A stretch of 64,000 bases of DNA from Lingula anatina (lineage: Eukaryota > Animalia > Brachiopoda). Shown one piece after another: positions 51,620-64,000 of the stretch; positions within the stretch are counted from its first letter, which is position 1, and every line of letters begins with the position of its first letter. The stretch lies in NCBI GenBank assembly GCA_051362555.1, contig CM120647.1:19010651-19074650 (forward strand). Reading direction: 5' to 3'. The notes below the pieces were generated by a model, which saw only the letters and a program-made list of their open reading frames with translations, was not told the DNA's origin and did not search any database. The position numbers were made by a program, and so were the translations under genes.

Positions 51620-51972
51620 GTTTATTGAGCACTAAATGGTATGAATACATAATGAAGCCAAACTTGATTCACATACTACAATGTCTTTTCTCGTGAAGGT
51701 AGAAAAAACGGTGCCTGTCGTGAGTATAAGTTTTCCCCTACATGTAGCTCACATATTTTTTTTACTAAGCAGATCCAGGCGTTTAATTTTTAGGGTTGTA
51801 AATGGGTTTTTATAGCATTTACACACACCAGTCGTACCCCTTTTATGCATTTTAAGATTTCAGAACTTCAATCATGTTACTGATTAAAGTTTGTTTGACA
51901 CGCGGCTATTTTAAGAGTTATGCATTACAGACATTGTCCATCTTATAATTTATTGGCTCAGTACATGTATTT

Positions 51973-52415
51973 GGCTTCGTTCATATGGGAAGTCTATTTT
52001 CTAAAAAGCCAGTTACTTATACAAAGCTGTAATTAATTCTCGGCTGTGCTCGCATTCTATAAAATCTCATCCTCCGTTGCCGCAACGCTTGCCATCGGAT
52101 CATGACGGTTGCACTCGTATCTGTCGTGTGTATAGCTTCTTCATCTTCTTCGTGTTGTTGTGGCACAAAATTGACAAACACATTTTTCAAAGCAACCGCG
52201 ACCGCCATCAACTTTCTAACTTCCTACTGCACATGCGTCAAGGTATCAGAATCTCCTCCGAGCACAGCCGAGAATTAATTACAGCTTTGGAAGTAACTGG
52301 CTCGCGCTGCCAGTAATTACGCCGCGGGATATTCAGGGCACCGACCGTGATCACAAGATATACCGCAAATAGAAAATAATTTTTTAGAAAATAGACTTTC
52401 CATGTGAACGAAGCC
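51973..52415. mobile_element. Harbinger-like MITE (35-bp TIRs, 3-bp TTT flanks)
   Basis: ggcttcgttcatatgggaagtctattttctaaaaa / tttttagaaaatagactttccatgtgaacgaagcc; absent from the paralogous segment at about 43425. Confidence 0.75.
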
Positions 52416-52577
52416 TTTCTTTATCTCTTAGAATTAGCTCCGTATAACGTCTGGTTGTTTAGATTGCCTTTGTGTAGAATGACGGAAATTGCTATAAATT
52501 ACCGCATTGCTCATTAAATAAAAATAAATAGAATTGAATTCGGCGCTTAATTTTTTTACAGAAATCCATTGCATTTT

Positions 52578-52682
<105 letters not shown>

Positions 52683-54618
52683 TAGTAATTACAAGCACCG
52701 TTCACACTCACCCATCTTTATTAAAATTTTCAAACACAAAACTGTGGTCCATAGTACCCAAGAGACACCATAACGCGTAGATATAAAGCTGCCGCAGAGT
52801 TAGTCTGTTTAGACAGTAGTTGGTCTGCTTTTTTACAATTTTTTACATTGTTTAACACACTTTTAACTCTGTAAATAAGATTAATTTTAAAATAATTTTG
52901 ATAAACACGAGAGACACTTGTACAGTGAATGGGGATTTGAGATTGACGATAGTTTAATGAAAAATTGAAAAACGAAATGGATCTATTTTAGGAATATTTA
53001 TTTTTGAATTAAAAAGCTATAAGTTTATAAACTTTTCAAGACTACCGGCATGAGACCATATACCTTGGATACTACTGTGGAGAGAGAGAGAGAGGTTATC
53101 TTAATTGCGCGGGTTTCATTTGATACAAGTAGTCCTATGATATACGAGAAGACTGTTTTTTTAAAGTAGTTAATTTTTAAAGTAGTTAATTTTAAAAGTA
53201 GTTTATTTACACACTTTCCCCCTGAGGATATATTTCAATTATCCATCACGATTCTTCATTCATTCTACATTGCATTCCCGTAAACAGTAGATCAAAGTAG
53301 TTTCTGAATCAAAAGTTTTTAGCACCAGTATTGTAATGTGCGTTTTCAATATCAGACGTACGAGACGCTTTCATAGTAAAACCCTCATATGTCTAGGCAT
53401 TCAGTCCGTCAGTATAAATTTTATTTGGGTGGATATATGAATATGAAGGTTGTCAAACTGTGCTTAAAAGTTATAAAAGTTGTGTTGGCTTTCTACTAAA
53501 GAAGCAGAATTGTTCACATTTAACACAAAACGTCAACATCATCTTCAATTTGATTTTAACACCACGCATTAACTAGAGCAACCACCCGGCCACGAGAGTA
53601 AATATAAACCTTTCTTTTACTTATTTGGTGTTTCTACTTCGGTGCCACCATCTGTTTTCCAGTCCATTTTATCGTTGCACGACTTTTTTCTGGGAACGGG
53701 TTGCAAGGGAAAAAAATAGGACAATACCCGTTCGCAATATAATTTTTTCCGTAATCTGTCTAAAGCCTCGGTCACAACATTGTACACATTATGCAGCGTT
53801 GATATTTACATCATATATTTTTTATTCAAATTTTGAAGTATAATTATAACAGTATGATATTCGTCACTTCTGGTGCATGTATGTTGGCTGTTCCCAGTTA
53901 TGGTACCTAATAACTCTTTGACCACAGGGCCAATTCAAGTTTAATCTGTGGCGTAGTTGGTAAAGGATAGAGATCAATGGTCTTTCCCGTCTAAGCATTA
54001 TTTAAACGAATTTTAAGTGAAGAGAAATGAAATATTATTGAGGAAGCAGACCTAACACCGGGTCAGGTAGTTGTTTTGGAGAAGTGACGTGCGTCATCCG
54101 AGTTTTAAACTGCCCCTTACCATGGTTGTTGAGAGATATGGTTATTTTAAGCAGCCGTGTACGCTGCCGACTGCGCTGTGACTGATTCGCCCAGCCTCCT
54201 TATGTGCCTACCTTTACCTAGTTTAAACTGAAATATCCCAAATTAAGGGCCCAGTTTGTATATTTATGCATTCAAAGTATGTAAAATACTGGTAAAACTG
54301 ACTTATATACAAAGACCTAGACATACCTACTGGTTCCCCATTATGATTCATACAGATGGAATATTTCTTCTACACGCTCATTGATTATTCAGCTGTCAGC
54401 AACGGCGACTGTCTGTGAAAGTCACTTGGTTGATCCCGTGATAACAGAGGTGCCTCTTAAATAGACATATAGTAGGCCCATGAACAAATAAAGCGGAGGG
54501 TACAATTTTGTAATAGACTATACCATGGGGCCTGTAGCCAACATATAGGCACCAGTAGATTGATCTTAATTTTTATATTAGCGACGAACATCATACTTTT
54601 ATAATTATAACTGTTCAA

Positions 54619-54625
<7 letters not shown>

Positions 54626-54715
<90 letters not shown>
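54626..54715. repeat. (AT)n microsatellite; others at about 9181, 13094 and 25432, with (TG)n/(AG)n at about 18690, 25553 and 52581 and (TTA)n at about 2530, 18146 and 51584
   Basis: Seen directly. Confidence 0.95.
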
Positions 54716-54716
<1 letters not shown>

Positions 54717-55034
54717 TGATGTAAATATTAATGCTGAAAATGTGAACAATTTAGACAGATTACTGGGAAAATAACCTTGCGAAAGGGTGGGGGGGGGGGG
54801 TATGATTTACCAGCTATCTATCTCAAGGTGCTCCAGAGGAATGCAGAGGAGCCCCGGGGGAGGATGTAACAGTTACATCACAAGGCCTGTGATTAGGGGC
54901 ATGGTGATGGTGACTGACAGTCACAGAAATATTGGAGGTAATACCCACATATTTTACAAGCTCTTGATAAAAAGAAAAACAACAATTTGAATCTCATACA
55001 TGTACATCTGTCATTGAAAACGCACATTATAATG

Positions 55035-58000
55035 ATGTTTTTTTTTCTTTTCTTTGGAATAATAAACCTGATGAAATTAAAAGAAATATCATTATAAGAA
55101 ATTATAAAGCTGGGGGCTTGAAGATGGTAAGCGTGAGGCATTTTATAAAATCGTTAAAAATTCCGTGGGTAAGAAGACTTATGTTCGAAAATAAAGCATG
55201 GAAAAATATTATATCTAAATATGCAGACACTGAAAAACTAATCACATGTGGTACAGAATATATCTCAAAAATCTTGAAAAACATAAAAAATAGATTCTGG
55301 ATTGATGCCTTAGCAGCCTGGAAAGAACTCTGTGGTACAATAATGGCCAATAAAATCAAGGATTTTGGTAACATTCCACTCTTTCTAAATGAAAATATAC
55401 TTATTGGAAATAAACCTGTCTTCTATACATCGTGGTATGACAAAAACATTAGATTTGTTAATGATCTACTCCTGGAGCGGCTTTCACGAAACGTTTCGCA
55501 GTTTGCGCAATTGCGCAAAGTCCCTTTTTGCGAACAGACCCTTTCACGAACGTTTCGCAATGTAATTTTGCGCAAAATAATGCGCTATTTGCGCAAGATA
55601 TTTGGTACAGGTCGGACCCTGTCGCTAAGACTTTTCGCAAGCGTACTTTGGCGTTCGCGTAGCTTTTCTTGTCGTTCTAAACGAAAATAGGCGAATTTAC
55701 ATGTACCCGGTGTACCTAATTACTGTCCACAACCGACCACTACCGTCCACAAGGACTAATATTACCGTCCACACAACAGTCCACAAGCTATAAATACCGT
55801 CCACAAGCGTTGAAAGAAGTGTAAAATCAGATAATAGTTAGAAATGTAACGATGGTGCTTTATTGGAAAAAAAAAACGTAATGAACGCGGGTCTGTAGAC
55901 GTTTTCAAGACGGTGAACCAGACTCGATTGTCTCATTTATTGCATTGAAAACCACGTAAAACGATGTTTACTATTGTATACTAGTCTTCCAAAATGAAAA
56001 AAAGGAAAAAGAATGTTCATAAGTATACAGTAAACATCAATATAGCCAGGTTGCCTTTAGTGCGGAGAACGGACTCTGCACTGAATGCGGTTATTTCAAT
56101 AAATAAAGTTTATATAACTATCAGTCATTTTTGTCTATAAAAATCCATGGTTTTACCCTACTCCGTTTTTAGAATAATTGAATGAAGAACGGCCATAAGC
56201 ATACAGAAAAATCAGATGTAAAAATAATAAAACAATTGTTTATTGACAATTCACGCCCGACTATGCATACCAATAGCATTAGTCGGTGTTACTTTTCTGT
56301 CAAAACTTGGTTAATTTTCTAATATGAGAAAACTTTGGGACGGGAGTAAATATCTTGTTGAAATGTTGTTTATTAGCCAAAATATAACCAGAAATTTTGT
56401 AAGATGTTTTATTTAATAACTCTAGCATCACTTATGTTATTTATAGATCCAAATGTAGTGTTGGAATTTGATTAAATACAGTAGCAGTGCTCTTATATGG
56501 CAGTGTTATCTTGATGAAAGAAAGATATTAGTAATAACAATATCAGTATTTAAATGAAAAGATGGGGACAGGTGTTCATAAGATCAAAGATAATGGGATA
56601 GTTATAATGTTTGCAACCCAAGTGTCCGAATAAAAGCAAGTGCAAGTGTATCCATCACTCTAACCATGTCTGGAAAGCAAGGTGGGCCGATTATTCTCCT
56701 CTATGGAGACTCTCATATCAGGCGGTTGCGGGACGGCCATTGGCGAGCCCCAGGTGAATTTGGGGTGCATTCCCATAGATTTTAGATCGATCTATCCCCG
56801 TGGGGAGTCTCACTAGATTACTGTCAGATAATCCGGCTTAAATGTCCGTCCCGCCTACTACAAGCTGTAAGGGGGTAAATAACTTTTGTGCCCGCTCGGC
56901 TGACAGCTATTTAGCGTGAACCCCCAGGGAGTTAGGTCGATCTAGTTGGATCGATCTAATCTCTGGGAATGGGGTCTTAGACGATATATGCATTCACGTC
57001 AACCATCACTAATTTTTATGTTTAATAAGACTCCTTTACTTTTTATGTATTTTTGAAATATTTTTTATATATTTTATGTTGGTTTCTATACAGAGTATGT
57101 CGGTATCTCAAAACGATAAGACTCGACAAGCAAAATGATGAAACGACTTTGTAAAAAATACTTTTCTCTCAAATGTTGAAAGGGACGATCTCAAAATAAT
57201 GTTAGCACCTCCCCCCCCCCCCAAAAAAAAAAATCTTATCAAAATGATACTTTCATCATTTTTGTAGGCCTACAAACGGCGTTCTATACATCCAGAGCAC
57301 GAGCATTTGTTGTCATATTTCTTGCCTCCGCGGCCCGAAGAGCAGTGTTTCGAGATTACAATATTTACTTCCGGGCACGACGTCGTGCGCTAACAGCGAA
57401 AAAAATTGCGAAAGGTTTCGAGAAAGCTACGCTAAAAAAAATTAGCGCAATTGCGCAAACCATAGCGAATGCGCAAACTGCGAAACGTTTCGTGAAAGCC
57501 GGCCCTGGACTCTGGAGAGTTCTATGACTTCACTGCGTTCAGGGATATCCACGGTATTGACACAAATTTTGTCGAATACCATGGAATTATCTCAGCCATA
57601 AAAGAATGGCTTGGTGGTATTCCTGAAAAATTAAGTAAAATTGCCACTCCTTTAATTCCTGATCATATAATGTTGCTCTCAGGTTGTTCAAAAGGCTCAA
57701 AGATTTATTATAAAACTTTAAGTAAAGTAGGTGTTCTTGAGATGTCAAAAGGTATGAATAAATGGAAGGAGTTGTTAAATTTGGAGGAAAATGAATGCCC
57801 GAAGATTTTCGAACTTCCTTTCACAATAACAAAAGATTCAAAGCTTCACTGGTTCCAATTTCGAATTAATCATAATATCCTTACCACAAACTCACTGCTT
57901 TTCAAATATAAAATGGTCGACAGCAGTATATGTTCCCTTTGCAAAGGAGCTGAAGAAACAACTGAGCATTTATTCTGGAATTGTGCGGTTACCCAAAAAT

Positions 58001-58420
58001 TATTGACCGACTTGGTAGAATATATATTATCTAATACTCAAGTTACTCTACCTGTCTCAAAAAAGAATTGCTTAGTCGGCTCTACGAGCCTCTCTCCAAT
58101 TATTAATCTCATTATGTTGCAATTTAAATTTTATATTTATTTAAGAAGATGTTCACAGGGTAAACCAACATTAGGAGGTTTGATTTCATCGCTTAGATAT
58201 CTGGTGAAAACAGATAAGTCAATTTGTCAGTACAATTCAAATATAATTAAGTTATTTTCAATTTGAAGATTTAGCGTACGACGATGTTATTAACTAAAAA
58301 GTGTTAGTGTATAACATCTCTTATGCGTGAGTGTGTGAGCGAGTGTCTGTTTGTTTGTATTTGTATTGTCATGTTTTCTTGATGTATTCAATAAAAAAAA
58401 TAAATAAATAAATAAAAAAA
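55035..58420 (+). mobile_element. 5'-truncated L1/Tx1 ORF2 3' fragment, split by a DNA transposon
   Basis: FFWNNKPD..GGLK..FIKSLKIPWVRR ... TKDSKLHWFQFRI..CSLC..ETTEHLFWNC, followed by an A-rich tail. Removing 55475-57507 restores the frame (NDLLL|DSGEF). Confidence 0.85.
55475..57504. mobile_element. Non-autonomous PIF/Harbinger-like element with a CTG TSD; contains a nested MITE at about 56761-56977
   Basis: CTG|GAGCGGCTTTCACGAAACGTTTCGCAGTTTGCGCA ... TGCGCAAACTGCGAAACGTTTCGTGAAAGCCGGCC|CTG. Confidence 0.85.
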
Positions 58421-58634
58421 TAATAATACTGGTACTAACAACTTTTGATTCAGAAAATACTGTACACGGGAATGCAATGCATAATGAATGGAAAACTGTG
58501 TAAATAATTGAAATACATCCTTAGGGGAAATATGTATAAATTAAAAGTTAAGATGAACTACTAATAAAATTTAATTCGTACTCGTACATCACAGGGCTAC
58601 TTTTATCAAATGAAACCCGTGCATTTAAGATAAC

Positions 58635-58665
<31 letters not shown>

Positions 58666-59551
58666 CAGCAGTATCCAAGAAATATTGTCTCATACCGGTA
58701 GTCTTGGGAAGTTTATAAACTTTTATCTTTCCAACTGGACGGTATGAAACTGGACGGTTTGAAAAACGTCCAATCCTGGAGAGAACGTGTGTACTCTGTG
58801 AATCAGGTTGCGTTGAGGGCGCGATTAAATTCTTAATTAATTGTCCATTTTCTTATGATCATCGTACTGATTTAACTAGAACTGCTAAATGTTTTAAACC
58901 GGATTTTGATTTATTGGATGAATAAAGCAAATTTCTTTTCCCGATTGAAGATCCGAAAATGATTTTTAGCACTGCTAAAGCCTGTAGCCTTTTCTTAGGA
59001 TTAAGAAGAGATTTTATGTATTTAAACTGCAATTTTTAGTCTCCCATAGTTCTTTATAGAACTGCCTTGTTGTAATGAGTGTTTTAACTCTTATTGTTTT
59101 ATCCCTGCACTTTTGGGACAAAAGTCGGGGATCATGTTATCCCGCCCGTCCGTGCGTCTGTGCGTCCGTGCGTCTGTGCGTCCGTGAGTCTGTGTGTTAG
59201 TAATTTCCGCTATCTCCTCCTATCTCCTCTATCTTCTCCTGCAGTTAGGAAGTTGAAACTTTGGGAATTGGTAAACCCATCTTTAGGGTTGTGCATGGAC
59301 ACATTGGAATTTTAGTGCCACAGGGCTGTCCCCGGGGGTGGTTGATTCTAAATTTTTATCACATTGAAATTTCTGCTATCTCCTTCTAGACCATCAGAGT
59401 AAAGAAACTGAAACTTTGGTGAATAATTTACCCATCATCAGGGATATGCATGGGCACTTTGGAATTTTAGTGCCACCGGGGGTTGGGCTGTACCCTGGGG
59501 GTGGTTGATCCTAAATTCTTCAGACAATGTAATTTCTGCCATCTGCCCTAG

Positions 59552-60656
59552 CCCCATAGGATCCAGTTAATGCTGACCCATAAAGTTCTGCTGTGCCCAA
59601 TAAATTCTGTGAGCTAGCCTTGAAAAGCCGGGTCACTTCAGTAAATTGCCCATAATTTATTTGTTTGCCTTTATTACCCATACAAAGTATACATTTTTAA
59701 AAAGCCAATATTTCAAGCTAAACGAAAATAGAATTACATTTAAATTCAACATGCAGCATCAAGAGTTATGGCCGGTTAAAAACTACATTTTCATTTGGTA
59801 ATGGATGAAATAAAACAAAGTTGATTTTTCTTATGCACATCAATTTTTTATTTCTCCATACATTTGTTTGAAAATTCACAGAGATGATGTCAATTATAGT
59901 AACTTTCAATCCAGGAAATTTCAGCAAGATATCTCCATTAATTTACAAGTTATGCTCGTTTTGCTATCAGGTATATCTACTTGAGCCAGCTTTTCAGCTC
60001 ACCTGAACATCGTAGCCAGAGCTGAATTGAAGTCAAATTTTAACACCATCTATGACAAAAACATCTTTAAAACTTATATCATGAATAAAGGAATATCAGC
60101 CCCAATGTCTATATCATTGTCCCTCGAAAACACCTGATCAGTGTCGTAGTTTTCAAGCATTTCAATAACAGTATCCATTCGCAGGCCACTTCCGTAGTGA
60201 TTTTACTTTCTCCAGCTAAGTCTAGAAAATCGCCGATTTCTCGCTCATATATATTTCTATCGTCCTTTATATCATAAATAAATGAATATCATCGTCACTG
60301 TCTATGTCACTGTCACACGAAAACTTCTCATCAAAGTCCGGGTTTTCAATCATTTCAATAACAGTATCCCTTCGCAAGTCCCTACCGTAGCGAGGAGCCG
60401 CCATTTTGATTTTACTTTCTCCAACTAAGTCTTGAAAATCGCCGTTTTCTCGCTCATATATATTTCTATCGCCTTTAAAAATGGTGGCAATGAGAGACAA
60501 GAAACATACCCGGATGTTAAACTATGTATCATTTCATGACTCACGATACAAAACAGTACAGAAGACGATCTTTCCAAGATACGCACATATGCAGTTCTGG
60601 GCTTTTGGGGTAAGCGATAATTGAACCGCACATATGCGGTGACGGGCTCTATGGGG
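59552..60656 (-). mobile_element. piggyBac-like non-autonomous element with a CTAG TSD
   Basis: CTAG|CCCCATAG ... CTATGGGG|CTAG, a subterminal palindrome accgcacatatgcggt, and an acidic N-terminal transposase-like relic MAAPRYG..TVIEMIE..DSDIDSDDD. Confidence 0.55.
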
Positions 60657-60665
60657 CTAGACCAT

Positions 60666-61455
60666 TACCCTGAGTGTCAGAGCAACGTGTTAAGTATTAA
60701 ATATATCTTGTGATGGAGTCACTTTTACTAGCTCTGACGAACAGTTGCCATGTTAGATTTCCGTCAATCAAATAGAACTGCTCCGCAGTGAAACTGCAGT
60801 TAAATGTCACCAGACCAAAATGAAACGAAAAACAGATTTAATTCTGCTTTATTTAATTTTATTTACTGCATTGAAGATATGCAAAGTGAAAAATAAATAA
60901 TATGTTTCTAAAAGAAAAAGGTATATCCAATGTTTTTGTATTTTTTGCTTATCAAAGAACATTTGCTCTTATATAAACACAATACACGGGCTTGCCGTGT
61001 GCCAAGTTTGACAGCTACACTTTATGCCCGATACCACTATAAGGGCTGCGCAATGACTACACCAAAATCAGTTTTTAAAGCAGAATGTTGCTTGTGTTGT
61101 GGTACTGACCTTTGACTGCTGGCAAGATATTCTTAGTTAAAACTTCAAACTCCGCGTCAGCCACTTTGCTTTTTGTCTCGTCCGCACGAAATAACATCAG
61201 CGCAAGGCGGGAAAGGCAGCTCCAGGCGGGCAAAGCTGTTACGTACGAGACATGACTTCCAAATATGGGAGCTCCAGGGGGACAAAGCTGTGACGTACTG
61301 GACTTGTGACTTCCAAATATGGAAGCGCCCCAGGCAAAATTTTGAAGAAGAACGCCCACGAATTGACGGTGTTCGCTAGAGCCTGGTATTGCTGATATGG
61401 GTTATATATGAAATCAAGATTGAGCTGGCAATACCGGAATCTAGAACCTAGGGTA
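60666..61455. mobile_element. TIR element TACCC..GGGTA with a degenerate TSD of about 9-10 bp
   Basis: taccctgagtgtcaga / tctagaacctagggta; flanks tagaccat / tagactat. Confidence 0.45.
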
Positions 61456-63250
61456 TATAGACTATTAGAATAAGGAAGTCGAAAATTTTGTGATTTGTAT
61501 ACCCATCATCAAGGAGGTGCATGGGCACTTTGGAATTTTAGTGCCACAGGGTGTAGAGCTGTCCCCGGGGGGTTTGATTCTAAATACTTATGGCACAGTA
61601 ATTTCTGCTGTCTCCTCCTAGACCGTTAGCGATAGGAAATTGAAACTATGGGAATTGGAAAATACATCATCACTGGTGTGGATATGTATACACTTTGGAA
61701 TTTTAGTGCAACAAGGGGTTGGGCTGTTCCCGGGGGCTGGTTGAATCTGAATTCTTTTCACATTGTTATTTCTGCTATTTTCTCCTAGACCATTGCAGGT
61801 AGAAAGTTGAAACTTTGGTGATTAGTATACCCAGCATGGGAACTTTTGAATTTTAGTGCAACAGGGGGTTGAGCTGTCCCTGGGGGTTGGTTGATTCTAA
61901 ATTCTTTTAACATTGTATATTTTTTTAACATTTATATTTTTAAATACCTTTGGGTAAAGCAGTGGTGTGTGTGTATTTGTGTGCGTACGTGCGTGTGTAC
62001 GTGCGTGTGTGGTAATTGGTCAATAGAGGAGATCTGCTCTATGGGGAAATGCGGGGATATGCGATGGCTACCCATCGACACCATCTAGTTCATTTTTTAT
62101 CTTTATGGGTGAGATCCATTTCGTCTTCTAGTCTTTATTGAAACTACCGCCAACCTCAAACCTGTTTTCACTGCACAATTTTCTCCCATATTGATGGAAA
62201 TTATTTACAAATGAATTTTAATTACCCCAATACACCAACTAACCTGTACAAATCATATGGGAGTCGCACTTCATTCTTACCCGGTAGGACGTCCATTCCT
62301 GTTACACTGCGACTGACTTAACCACCCTCTGTTTATACGTTTTTCCTGTAATGGTAATCAAATGCAATCATAAGAAATCTTTTCTATCAAAAAATCAATG
62401 AACTTTCAAGAATTTGAACCTGCAAACAAATATCAAACGTGCATCAGCTCCTAAAATGTTCCCTGTGATTTTATTTGTTGTAGGTTAACAGGCAACGTGT
62501 TCCACTTCACCGGTGCAACTAAACAGAATACAGTGTCACCACTTTTTTCGCCTATTTTTGGGGGGTTTTCAGTAAAAAAAAATCACCAGACCTCTGAATC
62601 CTTTGTTTCGTTGATGAATTGATGATGTTTTGTCTAATGATTACGTTCAACCGGATGAAGCAAGATTTTTTAAAATGCACATTCATAAAACCTAAAGATT
62701 GTCTTTGTGATGAAAATAATTTCCACAAATGAAAATCAGTCTCAATAATCATTCTAGGCATTGCCGAACCAGTCGTTTTATTATAATCCAGACTTAGGTA
62801 AATCATTGTAAAATACCTGTACCAGTACAAACCTTTAATTTCCGTTACAAATGTTTTGATCTCTTCAGGATACAGCTGTTTACACTACTTCAAAAGCCGC
62901 TGCCTTGACTTAGTTGCACTGCTGTTGAAACCGTATAAATAACTCAAACTGTGGACGTATTTCAATCATTTCGAGACTGAGAGAGAAGTTATCAAGGATC
63001 ATTTAGGTAAAAAAAAAATTGTGTCGGTGAAATCTTATTAAAATGCTGCATAGTATGTAAGGACGCCGATTGCCCTTTTGCACACTGAGTTTTAGAGAAC
63101 ACCGTATGAATTGTCAAGTCTTTATTGTCGGCGTGCCTCTGAAAGTTTAGTATAGCTGTTGACAGAAAAGATGTTAGCTCCTCTGTCCTCTGAAATTCCG
63201 TAATTTTTGTCTTCATGTCAAAATCATATTGTCATTTCACATTTTAGAAG

Positions 63251-63797
63251 ATGATTACTTTTGCCATTTTTGCGTTAGTTGCGTTGGGTCTGGCAGCTGT
63301 AATGCAGGAAGCTGAATCTGACTGCTGTGGCACCAAATCGAAAGGGTTCTGCCCAGACTGCACGTTGGTGGGTCTACTAGTACCGGGGAATTTCATCGGG
63401 AAGTGCATTCAAAACACATTGACAACACGTGTTGTATTAGGCGAACTTTGCATTACAGGAAAAAATAATACCGCACATTTTAGTTATAAATGTGCGACAA
63501 AGCTAGAAGTCCAATTTTATATTGTTTATTAGAATTTGATACGTACAGTAAATGGTGGTCAGAAAATCATTCTGTAGATACATGTTTGTGTGCGTGCCAG
63601 TTCGTTTGTATGCGTGTGCAGTGAAGGTGGGGGTGTGCCTAGGAGGGGGATAGAGCAGAGAGAAAGAGAGAGGGAGAGAGAGTAATTGATTTACGATTTC
63701 CATTCCAGGGAACCCCTTACTGTTCATATGGAAAATGTAACATATTTGGCTGCAAATGTGAACGTTAATGTAGAGCGGACTGCGGCTCGAAAATAGA
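63251..63797 (+). pseudogene. Mytimycin-like copy E with a premature TAA in exon 2; exons 63251..63367 and 63709..63797, remainder outside the window
   Basis: MITFAIFALVALGLAAVMQEAES-DCCGTKSKGFCPDCTL|GTPYCSYGKCNIFGCKCER*(63766-63768)CRADCGSKI. The exon is still 89 nt with a GA|GTATGA donor. Confidence 0.8.
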
Positions 63798-63810
63798 GTA
63801 TGATGAAATA

Positions 63811-63860
<50 letters not shown>

Positions 63861-64000
63861 GACTAACAGATCCGCTGGCTAAATATGGCCGACCCACTTG
63901 AAGACGATGCCGCTAGTCTCCTGATGGTCTCCCCGCCTCCACACGCGCCGTCCCTGCAGGTCCAATTAATCATCGGAGCCGAGATTTTATCCGTTTAATG

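Larger units (their letters stand above)
59097..62090 (+). mobile_element. HINE/pearl-like element with about 155-bp core repeats and two nested insertions
   Basis: 5' subTIR/hairpin atccctgcacttttg..caaaagtcggggat, then a (GTCCGTGC)n microsatellite and ggaattttagtgcca repeats. The 3' end has aaatgcggggat, a cgatgg..ccatcg hairpin and CTAGTT. Confidence 0.75.

Overview
AT-rich, microsatellite- and TE-rich animal genomic DNA with GT-AG introns. It is probably a mollusc or other lophotrochozoan, which is an inference from the gene family and repeat types. The ORF track misses the main content because it is split into short exons. Manual splicing reveals a tandem cluster (about 11-64 kb) of mytimycin/Diedel-like secreted cysteine-rich peptide precursors. 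Each has a signal peptide, a 12-Cys mature domain (CC-x7-CxDC..PxC...GxCNxFGCxC...CRxxC...CxC), a basic cleavage site, an acidic EDQ pentapeptide-repeat spacer and two canonical EF-hand loops. All copies share the same coding-exon plan (117 nt, 89 nt, variable, about 136 nt; intron phases 0, 2, 2). Three copies are intact: A (19699-22601, -), B (26577-29427, -) and D (48141-50038, +). Copy C (41326-42405, +) has lost its EF-hand exon. Copy E (63251 onward, +) has a nonsense codon. One copy is a full pseudogene (11111-13413, +), and further exon and promoter relics lie nearby. A and B sit in a 5-kb segmental duplication in which coding changes concentrate in the mature peptide. Also present are a two-exon DUF1647-like type II membrane protein gene (721-2150), a full-length L1/Tx1 retrotransposon nested in a foldback element, a decayed Tc1, Helentron/DINE-type non-autonomous elements with internal tandem arrays, and many nested MITEs. 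All coordinates were counted by eye and no database searches were run.
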